A stretch of DNA of 63,610 bases, filler included, from Octopus bimaculoides (taxonomy: Eukaryota): the NCBI RefSeq assembly GCF_001194135.2. It is 4 parts of 4 records of this genome, joined end to end, with 100 filler letters (N's around TTAATTAATTAA, not from the genome) between each part and the next. Parts side by side here need not be neighbours in the genome. Positions count along the whole stretch, not along the records: positions 43,281 to 61,112 come from NC_068986.1; positions 61,213 to 63,610 come from NW_026330089.1; 2 more parts are not named here. One strand, written 5' to 3'. This document shows, in pieces, positions 52,212 through 63,610 of this stretch. Under the pieces are notes generated by a model. That model was not told the DNA's origin, made no database searches, and saw only the letters and a program-made list of their open reading frames with translations. The position numbers and the translations under genes are program-made. Each line of letters begins with the position of its first letter. Position 1 is the stretch's first letter.

Positions 52212-52952
52212 TTATGTATGTCAATAAATAAATGTGTGTGTATTTATACATATATATGTAAATGTAGAATGCTGGAATGAGTGTGCAACACCACATTGGT
52301 GGATAAATAATTTCCTTATTTGTGAATTAAGACTACCATTGGTTTCATATTAAGGAGAGTAGGAAAATATCCAAATATCTTAATTTTTCAAGCTGATTAC
52401 ATGGAGAAAGGTGTTTGCCTCCATTTTGGAAATCAATCTCCAATGTGACCAGCTTGAAAACAAAATATATATATACAAATATATATATATATCTTAATTA
52501 AAGTGTATAGTATTATATATCTATTACAGCTGATCTTACCAATTGGTTTTGTAATAGGAGTTCAATAGAATGTTAGATAACATCCTGATTATGTAACCCT
52601 GTGCTTTTCAGAGATAGCAATTATGGAATGAAATATGGAAACTGCTCTCTATTCTTGGATGTGAACAGACACATCTATTTGTGGTTACTGTGAAAAAGAC
52701 AATGTAAGAAACCAAGCAAGGGTTAAGTTCGAGCTGTAATGAATATATAATACTGTACATTTTGATTAATATACCCACTCTATTGACAAATATATGAGTG
52801 CATATTTTTTCTGACTTATGGATTCTTTGATGGTATGTGTGTGTGTATGTAATAGATATACAGGTAGGCAGGCAGATAGATAGAAATATATTTTTAACAA
52901 AAAGAAAAAAGGAGAAAATTAAAGTAGAGGCTCAGAATAATGGATACAATAC

Positions 52953-53049
52953 CTCGATAACCTTGACAGATATAACCAGCTAATTCATAACAGTTTGAAC
53001 CAAACCATAGACCAGCAGAATATGGTTCTGTGTGAGTAGCAATGCAGCT
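52953..53049 (-). CDS. Multi-CTLD lectin gene, exon B (end of a CTLD); too short for the ORF track
   Basis: Polypyrimidine tract plus TATAG, donor GTATTG, phase 0/1, 97 nt; SCIATHTEPYSAGLWFGSNCYELAGYICQGYR; phases link exon A to exon C. Confidence 0.9.
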
Positions 53050-54069
53050 CTATATAGAAAGAGAGAAGTCATTAGAAGAGACAGAAGACATTATATACAT
53101 TAGTTGTCATTATAGTTATTATTGTTTTACACCTGAGGTCAGCTCAAATTAATGGCCAAAGACATTCCAACAGCCATAACTATCCAGTCTGTTTTCCTTC
53201 TTGCTAGATTGTAATGATTCAAAGGGAAACCTATATAACTTCACTTAAACTGCTAGAAATATTAACCAAATTCTCTTCAAATATCATACACCACTATTTA
53301 AAAAAAAGAATGTGTGTATCCAGGATAATGCAGTACAAGATGCACTTTGTCAGAAAAGGAGACAGGATGGTCACAGCTTGAATGCTGTTGATCATAAGTC
53401 AACTCACTAATGGCCTAAAATATACTCTCTCTCTCTCCATTTTGTAAAAGTGTTATATGATTCCAAGTCAACCATGAAATTGCAGGACTAAACATTGTCA
53501 AAGACATTCAATCTGTGATGGTTCCATAATTTTTCAGGCATAAAATATCAAGAACAACATTTTTATTTAATGTGTCTTTTTTTAAGGGGCATTTTGCCAT
53601 ATCTAACAGGTTGAGAAACCACAAAGAGGCTCCTCCATTGGCCTACTGAATGTTATAATCGCCTCTGTTTCTTGGAACTGGCTGGTCCCATACCCCCACT
53701 ACTCAAGCATCCCTGAACCCCTTGATTTCCCACATCTTGTCACTTATGTTGCATCCACCCATTGGTCCTGCACTAACCGCTATACTTGGTCTGTTCTCAC
53801 TGTTCATGCTTAAATAGAACACTAATGGCATCAAACACACCCTTCTCAGAGGGCTTGCAAAGGTCATGGGGGCTACTCCTTCCCTTCAGACTCAGTAAAT
53901 ATAAAAAGAAAAGTAATATAAAAGCCTAATGGGGTGCTATGGGAAGTAATGCTGTTGGTGACATTCTAAAAGATATTCATGTCTTTAGTGAAGTGAAACA
54001 GCTTTGACTGGGAATTGGAACTCACAAAGAACATGTCATTTGCTCTCTCTATATATAATCTTGTATGGA

Positions 54070-54451
54070 GGCGCAATGGCCCAGTGGTTAGGGCAGTGGA
54101 CTTGCGGTCATAGGATCGCGGTTTCGATTCCCAGACTAGGTGTTGTGAGTGTTTATTGAGCGAAAACACCTAAAGCTCCATGAGGCTCCGGCAGGGGATG
54201 GTGGCGAACCCTGCTGTACTCTTCCACCACAACTTTCTCTCACTCTTTCTTCCTGTTTCTGTTGTACCTGTATTTCAAAGGGCCAGCCTTGTCACACTGT
54301 GTCACACTGAATATCCCCGAGAACTACGTTAAGGGTACACGTGTCTGTGGAGTGCTCAGCCACTTGCACGTTAATTTCATGAGCAGGCTGTTCCGTTGAT
54401 TGGATCAACCGGAACCCTCAACATTGTAAGCGACAGAGTGCCAATAACAAC
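54070..54451 (+). mobile_element. tRNA-derived SINE, family A, full length, with perfect 17-bp TSD
   Basis: A-box TGGCCCAGTGG, B-box GGTTTCGATTCC; TSD ATATAATCTTGTATGGA at 54053-54069 and 54452-54468. Confidence 0.93.
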
Positions 54452-55403
54452 ATATAATCTTGTATGGAATTTATCTCTTGTATATGAACTCTGTGCAAAA
54501 GTGTATGTCTGTAGGTATTTCCAGTCAGCCATTTTTAATTCATTTCTAGATGAAAGCCTCAGAACGCCGTGGCCAGCTTAGCTATGCTGATTGTATGCAT
54601 ACCAGCCTATATAAGCCAATTCTGGATTAAACAGGATGCTCATGTTGTCCGGTCATTACATCTAGCCATTGATACTCAAAAAGGATTTGAACACAGAGTA
54701 CAAAGTGCCAGATCAGACACTGCAAGTCATTACATCTCATGCACTAACAACAGTTCTGCAAATCCTCTACCTTTGATTGGTGTTATATTTAATGATCCCT
54801 GAAGGGATAAAAAGCAAATTTGACCTTCGCACGATTTGAACTTAGAGCATAGGGAGCAAACCATGGCTAGGACAGAAAACACATATGCAAGGTTCATACT
54901 TGAGACCTAATTAGTGAGAAATGAATTTTGTAATCTTGAGTGGTAGCACTGTGGAATTAATATCTATTTTTTAGATATGTGGTTAGGAAATACTCAGTTC
55001 TGTTTATAGGGTCTTCATGGCTTGTGGGAGATAGGGAGGGAGGGAAGAAGGGATCCTCATGCCAGAGATTGAGCCTGAATGCTTGCATCAGAGCAAACTT
55101 TGATAAAGGTACCCAAGTTGCAAGATGGTGGTGTTAAACTGGGTGACAGATTAAGTCTGCCATCCAAGATTATCTCTACTAATCAAGATTATGCTTATCA
55201 TCCAAGATTCTGTCTACTGCCCAAGATTATATTTACTAAGCATTATGTCTACCCCTCAAAATTGTATGTGTTCATCAAGATTATAGCTACCATCCAAGAT
55301 TAGTGTACCACACAGACACACAACACCACTCACACACACACACACACAGAACATGCATACACACACACAGAAGAGCATGCATACACACACACAGAAGAGC
55401 ATG

Positions 55404-55439
<36 letters not shown>

Positions 55440-55474
55440 ATTCCCATTTCCAGTCAGCTGCCATCAATACACAG

Positions 55475-58455
55475 CTATAAAAATCTTAGCACGTTGAAGC
55501 TGTCTCTGCTGCATTGGTGGTACTGCGGATGTCCCTTCTCACTCCATCAATGCCCAAACTGCTGAAGGCTCTTGGTCAGAGAATGAGCTGTGAAACCCCT
55601 GCATCCAACTTCCACTGGGAGACACCTCGCTCTCCAGCCAGCCCACTAACAGTTACTGACCAGACCTGCATACTTAGAGAGCTTTCTCTCAAAAGCTTCT
55701 TTCAGGCGATCTTCCCATGGGACAGTCAACTCCAGCAACACCACTTGCTTGGTGGACTCAGACAAGTGGACAATGTCTGGTCGCAGAGTGGTGACTGCAA
55801 TGTGGCCAGGGAACTTCATCTGACACTGAAGATCCACCAGTAGCTGCCAATCTCTTGCAGATGTTAGGATGCCTGCTGATGTTTTTCTGGAAGAGGTTGG
55901 CTATTCCCCAGCTCTGACACAAGCGATGGTTTTTTTGGAGGGTCGAAACCGCTTTGCCCACCCAAGTCCTGTACTGATGGTTTCAGCAATGGTCTTAAGG
56001 ATTTGGTCATGCCTCCAGCAGTACCGTTCTTCTCCAAGTGCCCCTGTGCAGCAGCTGAGGATGTGTTCCAGGGTTCCTCACTTGGAACACAATGCGCATG
56101 CTGGTGTCTCTGCTAAGCCCCATGTGTGCAGGTTTGATGGGCATGGAAGCACGTCGTACACTGCTCAGATGAGGAATTTAATGCAGTGAGGCTCGACTTT
56201 CTACAGCTCAGCCCAGGTCACTTTCCTCTCAACTGCATTCTCTCATCTTGTGCAAGTTCCCTGTTGCTTTATTCCCAGTGCCTTGCATGTTCTCATTTCT
56301 TTCACTAAAGCTCTTACCTCCACCTGAACAAGACGGCACCCTTCCTTCTCACTGGTGTTCGTTTGGGGAATCAGAAAGGAGCCTAGCCCAGCTCTACCTC
56401 ATGTGATGACTCCCACAAATCTCCTTTGGTGCAGCCTTGCCTCTGCCTCTTGAACTGCGTTCTCTACTCCCCACTTCTTGCCAGTCCTCTCTTAGATCCC
56501 TGCTTTAGCCACCTTTGGATCACAAGAGTCCCTGTACTGGATCACTTCTCTATATCTTGCCACCTGAATTCCTCTTCCAATGATTTGAATGGCAACTGCA
56601 GTTTGGTGCTGTTGCCATAGAGCATGATGCTGCTCAGGCTCCTTAGTAATCCAAGCCATCTCCAGAGGTAGTTGCTGACCCTCCTGTCTAAGGTCTCTAC
56701 TGTTGAGATGGGGACTGCATAGACAAAGAGGGACCACAGGATCCTGGGAAGAATGCTGTGTTGATAGACCCTGGCTTTGAACTTCCCAGGTAGGCCTGAC
56801 TTGTCCACGGATTTCAGCCAGCCATCCAACACAGGGCAGGCCGACTGGATAGATGTAGTATCTAGACTGGCTTCTCAGTGATTGTTGGAATGGCTGTTCC
56901 TGAGATGTTAAACCGGAACTTGCCCTCCACCACCTCTTTCCTCGGCACCATAGATCATGATTTGGTTGGTTTGAATTGCATCCGAGTCAACTCCATCACG
57001 TTTTCAAGCCCCTGCAGAATCCACTGGCAGCCTAGGGATGATTCTGTCAAGATTGTGAGGTCATCCATCAACGTCCTGATGGGTGGTTAGCTTTGTCCGG
57101 ATTTCGATAGGGGCCCTCTGCACTCTGGCTCAGCAGACTTGGTAAGCATGTTCATGGCTAGGAAGAATAGTGTCACAGAGATAGTGCACCCTATGATGAT
57201 GCCAGCTTCCACCTTGTGCCAGCATGATGTTATTGCTCTCGAAGAGACCCTCATCCTGAAATTGGTGCCACCCTTCTGGACAGATGTATCGATGTTGGTG
57301 TTCTGACCCAGGTAGGCACACAGCCGTTTGAAAACAATGCTGAAGATCTTTGCCTCCACACAGAGCAGGGAGATGATGCAGAATTGGTCTATCTGGGTGA
57401 AATTTTCCTCCTTTGGGCTACACACTTCCTCAGCTACTCTCCATTGTTCAGGGATCCTCCCTCTTCTCCAGAAGACTCGCAGGGTTTTCTACAGATGCAG
57501 CAGAAGTTTGGGACAGTTCTTATACACTTTGTATGAAGTGCCACTCGGTCCTGGAGCAGCTTGCCCTTGCTCTGCAGAGAACCTCCCTGACTTCCTTTAG
57601 CTGCAGCTCTATCATGTCAACTCCATCTCTGATTCAGTGGGGTCTATGAAGATGTTACACTCTCCCAACTCCTGCTCTCTTTCAGGGTCACTGTATGTCT
57701 GCTTCAGATGCTGGTCTATGTCTTCCTCTGAGGAGGCAAGTTTACCACTGCGCTTCTGCCCCAGCAAATCCTTAGTGAACTTGAAGGGGTTGGAGATAAA
57801 GGCAGCACGCTTGAGCGCCCTCTCATGGCGCCGCCTTCAGTGCCATTTAGCCTGGTAGAGAACCCTGAACTTTTTCCATAGGTTGCACATTAGCTGGCCA
57901 GGCCAATGTGTTCCTCATCTCTGGCCTTCTTGTTTTAGGACTTTAGTGCCTTCATATCCTGTGTGATGTTATGGATCCTAACAGCTCTTTGATTCTTTGA
58001 GTAAGTTGTTCTGGAGCTTTTCTTCTCCTCGCCAAATCATCCAGCTGCCAAGCTCACAATGATTGTTGTCATAGTTTGTAGCTTCTTGTCAGCTTCTCCC
58101 ATTACCATTGCCTCTAGAATTTGGTCAACATCATCAAATTGCTTCCACAGTAAGGGCATGCTAGCTGCTGGCCATTTGATCTGTCTCCTGTCAGATTTGA
58201 TGCTCAGATGATTAGTCTCCACCACTTGGAGGTTCTGGGCACTATGGGGTGACTCTAGGCCTGGCTCCTCCTGCATCTCACCAGGTTGGACACCTGTGTG
58301 ATGTGATGTTTCTGCTCCCAACAGGCACTTCATCCTTGCTTGGTGGATCTTTATGCCGTAGATGTCCTTGCAGACTTTACCACATGTACACTTCTTGCTC
58401 ATAGTCCATTGTCCATTGCTAGGGTCTGTTAACGATATGTCCGTCTGACTGGGGT
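55475..58455 (-). mobile_element. HERO/NeSL-like restriction-endonuclease non-LTR retrotransposon, near full length, frameshifted, with internal RT deletion
   Basis: N-terminal CTCGKVC..IKIHQARMKC; GCTISVTLFFLAMNML; PPIRTLMDDLTI; SGLPGKFKA.VYQH.ILPRILW; LRPDIVHLSESTKQVVLLELTVPWE; RT motifs between QKGG and NFRMRVSS are missing. Confidence 0.85.
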
Positions 58456-59621
58456 ATTTATTCTACCCCACTACACACATTTATCACTTATACATACCAT
58501 TTCACCCAGCATTTGTCAAACCACAATACAGGAGGAAAGCCTTGGCACACTGCTGCCAGCATATCTACCCTGGTTGTAAGACAACTTGTCCAAACTGGAC
58601 AATTGTGGCTCAGAGAGAGTGTTCCTATGGTTAGATGGCACTTAGGAGAAGACTGAATTCAGAACATAATGAACTGCAAGGCATTTTGTCTAATGCAAAC
58701 ATTTCTGCTAATCTGTCATTCTATACAAATTTACACATATACTGCCAAATAGAAACACACATAGCTACACATACACACACACACAGACATACACACACAA
58801 ACATACATGCCATTAGGCAGAGGCATATATAAGCACACAAGGAAACAGTGATACAAACAAAAAACGTGTGTGTGTGGGCACACATGCACATGCACGCATA
58901 CACACACATGCATGTGCACACACATGCATAACACAGCTCATCACCAATTTCAGGAACCATTTATTATACAACATGTATTTGCATCTTTACTTTTGTTTTT
59001 TTCTGTTAATAATGAAGGATGGTCTTTTAGGTGATGCTGGACCAGTTGTTGTTACAGACGGATAACTCTTCAAATTGTTAATCACTCAACCATGAAGAGG
59101 TATAGAGGAACTAGTCTTTTTAAATAATATGGCAGGTGGTGGTGATGGCGGGGAACTATCTCATGAGGAGTGTTCTGCATAGTAAGTAGAAATATGGTGG
59201 CTTTACCATATAGTAACTTGTTTTGTTAGTCTCACACGTTACATAAATTTACAAACATATGTTGGTTACAAACACGTACACATGCATATGTACATACATA
59301 CAAACATACACATACACACACATAAATGCATGCTCACTTCAGATGACAGGCCTCTCTCACCATTCACTTTAACAGCACCACGACCACCTAGTCATTGGAT
59401 GCATATAACATAAACATACCCACATGGGGGTCGGATAGATTCGGATGAAAGCCTTCCCATGTAGCAGGGTGCAAATGTAATCATCCTGTAACATTTTAAT
59501 TTTGTGTTTGTCACAAATTAGGCTGTTAATGGTGGATCCATTTTTGTAACAGAGAACCCCCTCAATTGGAATTCTGCCTATTTTCACATATCTTATATTT
59601 TCTGTCTTTACTTGTTCCAAT

Positions 59622-59962
59622 CATTTGACTTCAGCCATGCTGGAACACCATCTTGAAAGGTTTAGTTTGAATAAATCAACTCCAGGACTTATTTTTTAAA
59701 GCCTGGTGCTTATTCAATTGATCTCTTGCCAAAACTAAGCTATGGGGTATGTAAACAAACCAACACCAATTGACAAATAGTGGAAGACACACACACACAC
59801 ACACACACTATGGGTTTTCACAGAGTTTCCATCTACCAAATTCATTCACAAGGCATTGGTCAGCCTGGGGTTATAGTAGAAGGTACTTGGCCAAAATGCC
59901 ATGTAGTAGCATTGAACCCAAAACCATATGGTTGCAAAGCAAGCTTCTTAATCACATAACTA
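59622..59962 (-). mobile_element. SINE family D
   Basis: Colinear with 45935-46332, including the CA tract. Confidence 0.78.
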
Positions 59963-60257
59963 TAGCAAAGTTCATTTTGTTGCAAATATCTAAACCTGAT
60001 TTCTCCTATCAATCAACTTCCCTCCTATAGATTTCTTGCATACATTGACCAACAAATGTTTTGTCTACCCATTGGTCAGTATTAATTTTGCTAGCAGATT
60101 ACTGCAAGTAAAAATCATGGTACTGAACTTTCATCCTTGATTAATTTATTTAAAAAAATGTTAAAACTCAAAAGTTATTTCAAAATGTAATGGTGAAAAC
60201 ACAAATAAATAATTGAACAATTAAATAAATGAATAAGAAATGTCTTGTAGTACTCAC

Positions 60258-60412
60258 TGTACCACCGTATCGAAGTAATTCCTCAACTGCAAGTCTACTG
60301 AAGTGGAAAAAGGAGAGAGGGGAATTGTCCACCCATGTCAAATAGTCAAGACCTTTACGCATACCAATCCATAACGAAATGTTCAGAGATTTCATCATCA
60401 AGGTGAGGAAAG
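60258..60412 (-). CDS. Multi-CTLD lectin gene, exon A (middle of a CTLD)
   Basis: Acceptor TTTTGCAG, donor GTGAGT, phase 1/0, 155 nt; (A)FLTLMMKSLNISLWIGMRKGLDYLTWVDNSPLSFFHF...YGGT (WIGL and WxD-S CTLD motifs). Confidence 0.88.
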
Positions 60413-60529
60413 CTGCAAAATTAATTAAAAGATACACTTTTGTAAAGGTGTGGGCATGGTGCATATGTGTTGTGAGTGTGTGTATATATACATGAGGAAC
60501 TCTACCATCGAAGACAACGTATGAGCCTT

Positions 60530-60791
60530 AGCTTTTTGCTGAACGCCCTGCACAAGTGATTTGCTTATAGTGATCAAATGCTTGTGCTGCACATTAGCTC
60601 ACTCCCTCCATCAAATTGACATTTTCTGAACAGGTGAATTTTGTACCATGTGTCTGATGTTGAAGTGATCACAGAGCAACATGAGATGAAGCGTTTTGCT
60701 CAAGAATATAACACACCACCCTGTCTAGGAATTGGAATCATGATCGCAAGATTGTGAGTACAACACCCTAACCACTAAATCATGCGCCCCA
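60530..60791 (-). mobile_element. tRNA-derived SINE, family C
   Basis: Minus head GGGGGCGCATGATTTAGTGGTTAGGGTGTTGTACTCAC; matches 38435-38735. Confidence 0.72.
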
Positions 60792-62320
60792 CCCCACTAT
60801 ATATATATATAAATACTATTTGTTTTTACATGACTGAACGCAGCGTCTCCAATTTGTAAGTAGTTTTCGTAACTTCATATTTTCCAACGCTACTCTATCT
60901 CTTTTTCTTCCTCTATCATTTTTTCCCCCTCTCGTTCTTCCTCTGTTACTACTACGTATCTCTTTTTTCCCCCTCGTACTTTCTCTCTTTCTCTTTTCCT
61001 CTCGTTGCTCACCTATTCTTCTACTTCCTCCCTTTGTTTCTCCCTCTACCACTCTCTCTCTTCCCCTTACACCGGCATGGTCACATGCTTAACTGGTCAA
61101 TAATCCTTTTCTNNNNNNNNNNNNNNNNNNNNNNNNNNNNNNNNNNNNNNNNNNNNTTAATTAATTAANNNNNNNNNNNNNNNNNNNNNNNNNNNNNNNN
61201 NNNNNNNNNNNNATATATATATATATATATGTATATATAAATGCAAATAATCAGAAAATGAAGAAAACTTCAGATTAACAAACACATCGATTGGACAACA
61301 TTTATAGCTTATTTATTAATACAAAGCGTGACATAACAAACAGGGGTAATGGATACCAATATTATATACAGGTATTTTATTCCTTAGTCAGTTATTATAA
61401 CCGCTAACTCTGTTTACACTATATATATATATATACACACATACATAGCTAAATAAATGTAATTAAACACGTGTGCTATTCAAATCTTTATACTTCCGAC
61501 ATACATTTCAAAGAAAACATTGGTATTATTCCAGAAGGAATTTAATGACGTAAAACAATGCTATCTTCTCATCAGGGAAAAAATGAAACCAAACACATCA
61601 ATAAGACATTCTAACAGAATGTGATGGCTGCATATATGATGAAGGAAACGCTGGCAAGTTGTTTTTTAAAAGAACCTGTTAATAGATATAATGTCAAACA
61701 CAATTTAAAGAAAGAGTGGGAGAAGAAAGAAAGAAATAAGCAGAAAACTAATAGTGGAGAGATATAGTGCGATAAGTGAATAGGAATAAAGCTTAAAGGC
61801 GTGGACATAGATATATGTAGCGGAAATGAAATGTAAGAAGACGGTTAAAGGTCGAGTTCTATAGATTAGTAGAAATTACTTACAGGAACTAAAGTTATGA
61901 TTTTGCCAATGTTTGCAATGCTTCCCTGTTGAGAAGATCGCATTGTTTTACATCATTTTATTTCTTCTGGAATTATACCAATTGTTTTTTTTCAAAACAT
62001 ATGTCGGGAGTATAAAGATTTGAATAACACCTGCATTTAACTCCATTTATTTATTTATCTATGTTATACAAAAACATTTCACTTTACCCTGGAATTTCTG
62101 CCTTTATAAGTAGGCTGTTACATCCGTGATACTTGTGTGAATTTTTGCTACTCTGGTAACTATTTATTAATTTTTTCCGTGTTATTTGTACACATTAAAA
62201 AAAATACACATACATCTATATCAAAGCTTTGTGATTGAATTTGGTGGGCCGAAGTTACTGCCGCGTGTGTATATGTCTGTGTATGTGCTTGTGCCTCTCC
62301 GAAAGAGAGAGAGAGGGGAT

Positions 62321-62493
62321 CATCCTCATCATTGTATAACATCCGCTTTCCATGCTGGCATGGATTGGACGGCTTGACTGAGGACTGGCGAGCCAAAAGG
62401 CTGCACTAGGCTCCAATCTGATCTGGCAAAGTTTCTACAGCTGGATGCCCTTCCTAACGCCAACTACTCTGAGAGTGTAGTGGGTGCTTTTAT
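62321..62493 (-). mobile_element. RTE 3'-tail copy
   Basis: Reverse complement of the tail at 49430-49615. Confidence 0.88.
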
Positions 62494-62564
62494 GGATAAA
62501 ATGCTTAAATAGTCTTCACTATTAATTCTGCCATGAAGGGAAACCATTGGGCTGGCAGATTTCC

Positions 62565-63590
62565 AATATATAACGGAAGCACCTTAAAATTTCAAACAAA
62601 TTTATTTTAAAATGGGGTAGGACTGACTTTGACAGTAATTGTAGTTTGAATTCTACAAGGTAGGGACTCATACAAAGTTTGAATTCTTTCCAAAGGAATT
62701 TTTGTCCATTCGTGGGCTAAAACAGTATCCAGTTCTTGTAGTGATGATGGTGGAGGATATTGGCTCCTTACTTGTTTTCCTAAGATGTACCATAAATGTT
62801 TAATAATATTGAGATCTGGGGACTATGGTGGCCAGATCAACTTCACTAGAATGTTCCTCATGCCATTCAGAAACAACTTTAGCTGTGTGAATTGGTGCAT
62901 TATCATCCTGAAAGATTGCGTTTCCCTCCGGAAATAGTTCTGCAAACATAAGATGAATTTGATCAGATAAAATGCTTAAATAGTCTTAACTATATAGTCC
63001 CCCGGATCATCACAGATCCTCCTCCATGTTTAACAGTTGGAAGAAGGCAGTCTGGGTCAAATGCTTCTTTTGGCTGTCTCCACACGTATACTCAGCTGGT
63101 GGTTGGGAATAAGGTAAAGGATGACTTGTCCAAGAAAATAACATTCTTCCACTGCTCTAGGGACCAATTCTGAAGGTTTTGACTCCACTCTAAGTGCTTT
63201 GCAAAGTTTATTTTTGAAAGTAGTGGTTTTCTGATTGCAGCCCTCCCATCCAATCTGGCTTTGTACAGCTCACGGCAAACAGTTTTTGTGGAAACTGGGT
63301 TCTCGAGGTCATCATTAAACTCTGCAGTAATTTTGGGAGCTGTACTTTTGTGATCCTTTGTAACAATTTGCGTAATAGTTCGACGGTACCTATCTGAAAG
63401 ATTTGGTTTTCTTCCAGAGTTTTGTTTTGATGCAGAGGTTTTTCCCTCTTTCTCAAAGAATGTTATTACTTTCGAGACAGTACTTCTTGATACATGAAAC
63501 ATTTCGGCTATTTCCGTTACGCCAGCACCTGCCATATGAGCACCAACAATTTAACCTCTTAGAAAGTCCGATAGATCAGTCATTTTAATA
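62565..63590 (-). mobile_element. Degenerate Tc1-like (DD34E-type) DNA transposon
   Basis: EIAEMFHVSRSTV; SGRKP; KPLLS; WKNVIFLDKSSF; KHGGGSVM; FQDDNAPI; WPP*SPDLNII; stops and frameshifts. Confidence 0.92.
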
Positions 63591-63610
63591 TATATATATA
63601 TATATATATA

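Noticed and set aside
52540-52687. Acceptor and GTAAG donor around a Cys-containing stretch (RCVCSH..NCYL*KAQGYI)
   Set aside because: Stop codons in all three frames between the signals; exon B supplies the needed sequence.
54070-54145. tRNA gene
   Set aside because: The tRNA-like head continues into a SINE body with TSDs and a second copy; the acceptor stem is not intact.
58995-59180. S/P/T-rich minus-strand reading inside lectin intron A-B
   Set aside because: Interrupted by stops and lacking compatible splice sites; probably an old TE relic.
59420-59485. 66-nt phase-0/0 candidate exon (DDYICTLLHGKAFIRIYPTPMW) with AG and GTATGT signals
   Set aside because: Exons A and B already join into a normal CTLD, and inclusion would disrupt the spacing. 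It remains possible as a cassette exon only if RNA-seq shows it.

Overview
Eukaryotic, AT-rich, microsatellite-laden animal DNA with many N gaps; the repeat landscape suggests an octopus or other cephalopod (inference, not proven). The only host gene I can support is a minus-strand, multi-exon gene for a protein with tandem C-type lectin domains (mannose-receptor/PLA2R-like architecture). Five exons (60258-60412, 52953-53049, 47892-48133, 45623-45779, 44300-44557) join with GT-AG signals and matching phases into 909 nt (about 303 codons) with no stop; both gene ends are missing. Most of the rest is decayed mobile DNA: RTE LINEs and their 3' tails, two R4/Dong-like and one HERO/NeSL-like restriction-endonuclease LINEs, several Penelope-like pieces, mariner and Tc1 relics, a mariner MITE and at least four SINE families. 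Most ORF-track entries are microsatellite, gap or antisense artefacts. I found no CRISPR array, rRNA, bona fide tRNA or intact transposase, and no clearly new multi-gene system. The best leads are RNA-level: a hammerhead-like fold with a variant core in Penelope-type terminal repeats, variable-copy double-hairpin arrays in RTE 3' UTRs, and several inverted repeats. A fish-like HERO element is a horizontal-transfer candidate. Three TTAATTAATTAA linkers inside N runs mark artificial joins, so long-range order may not be real. All translations and alignments were done by eye; TE boundaries are approximate.
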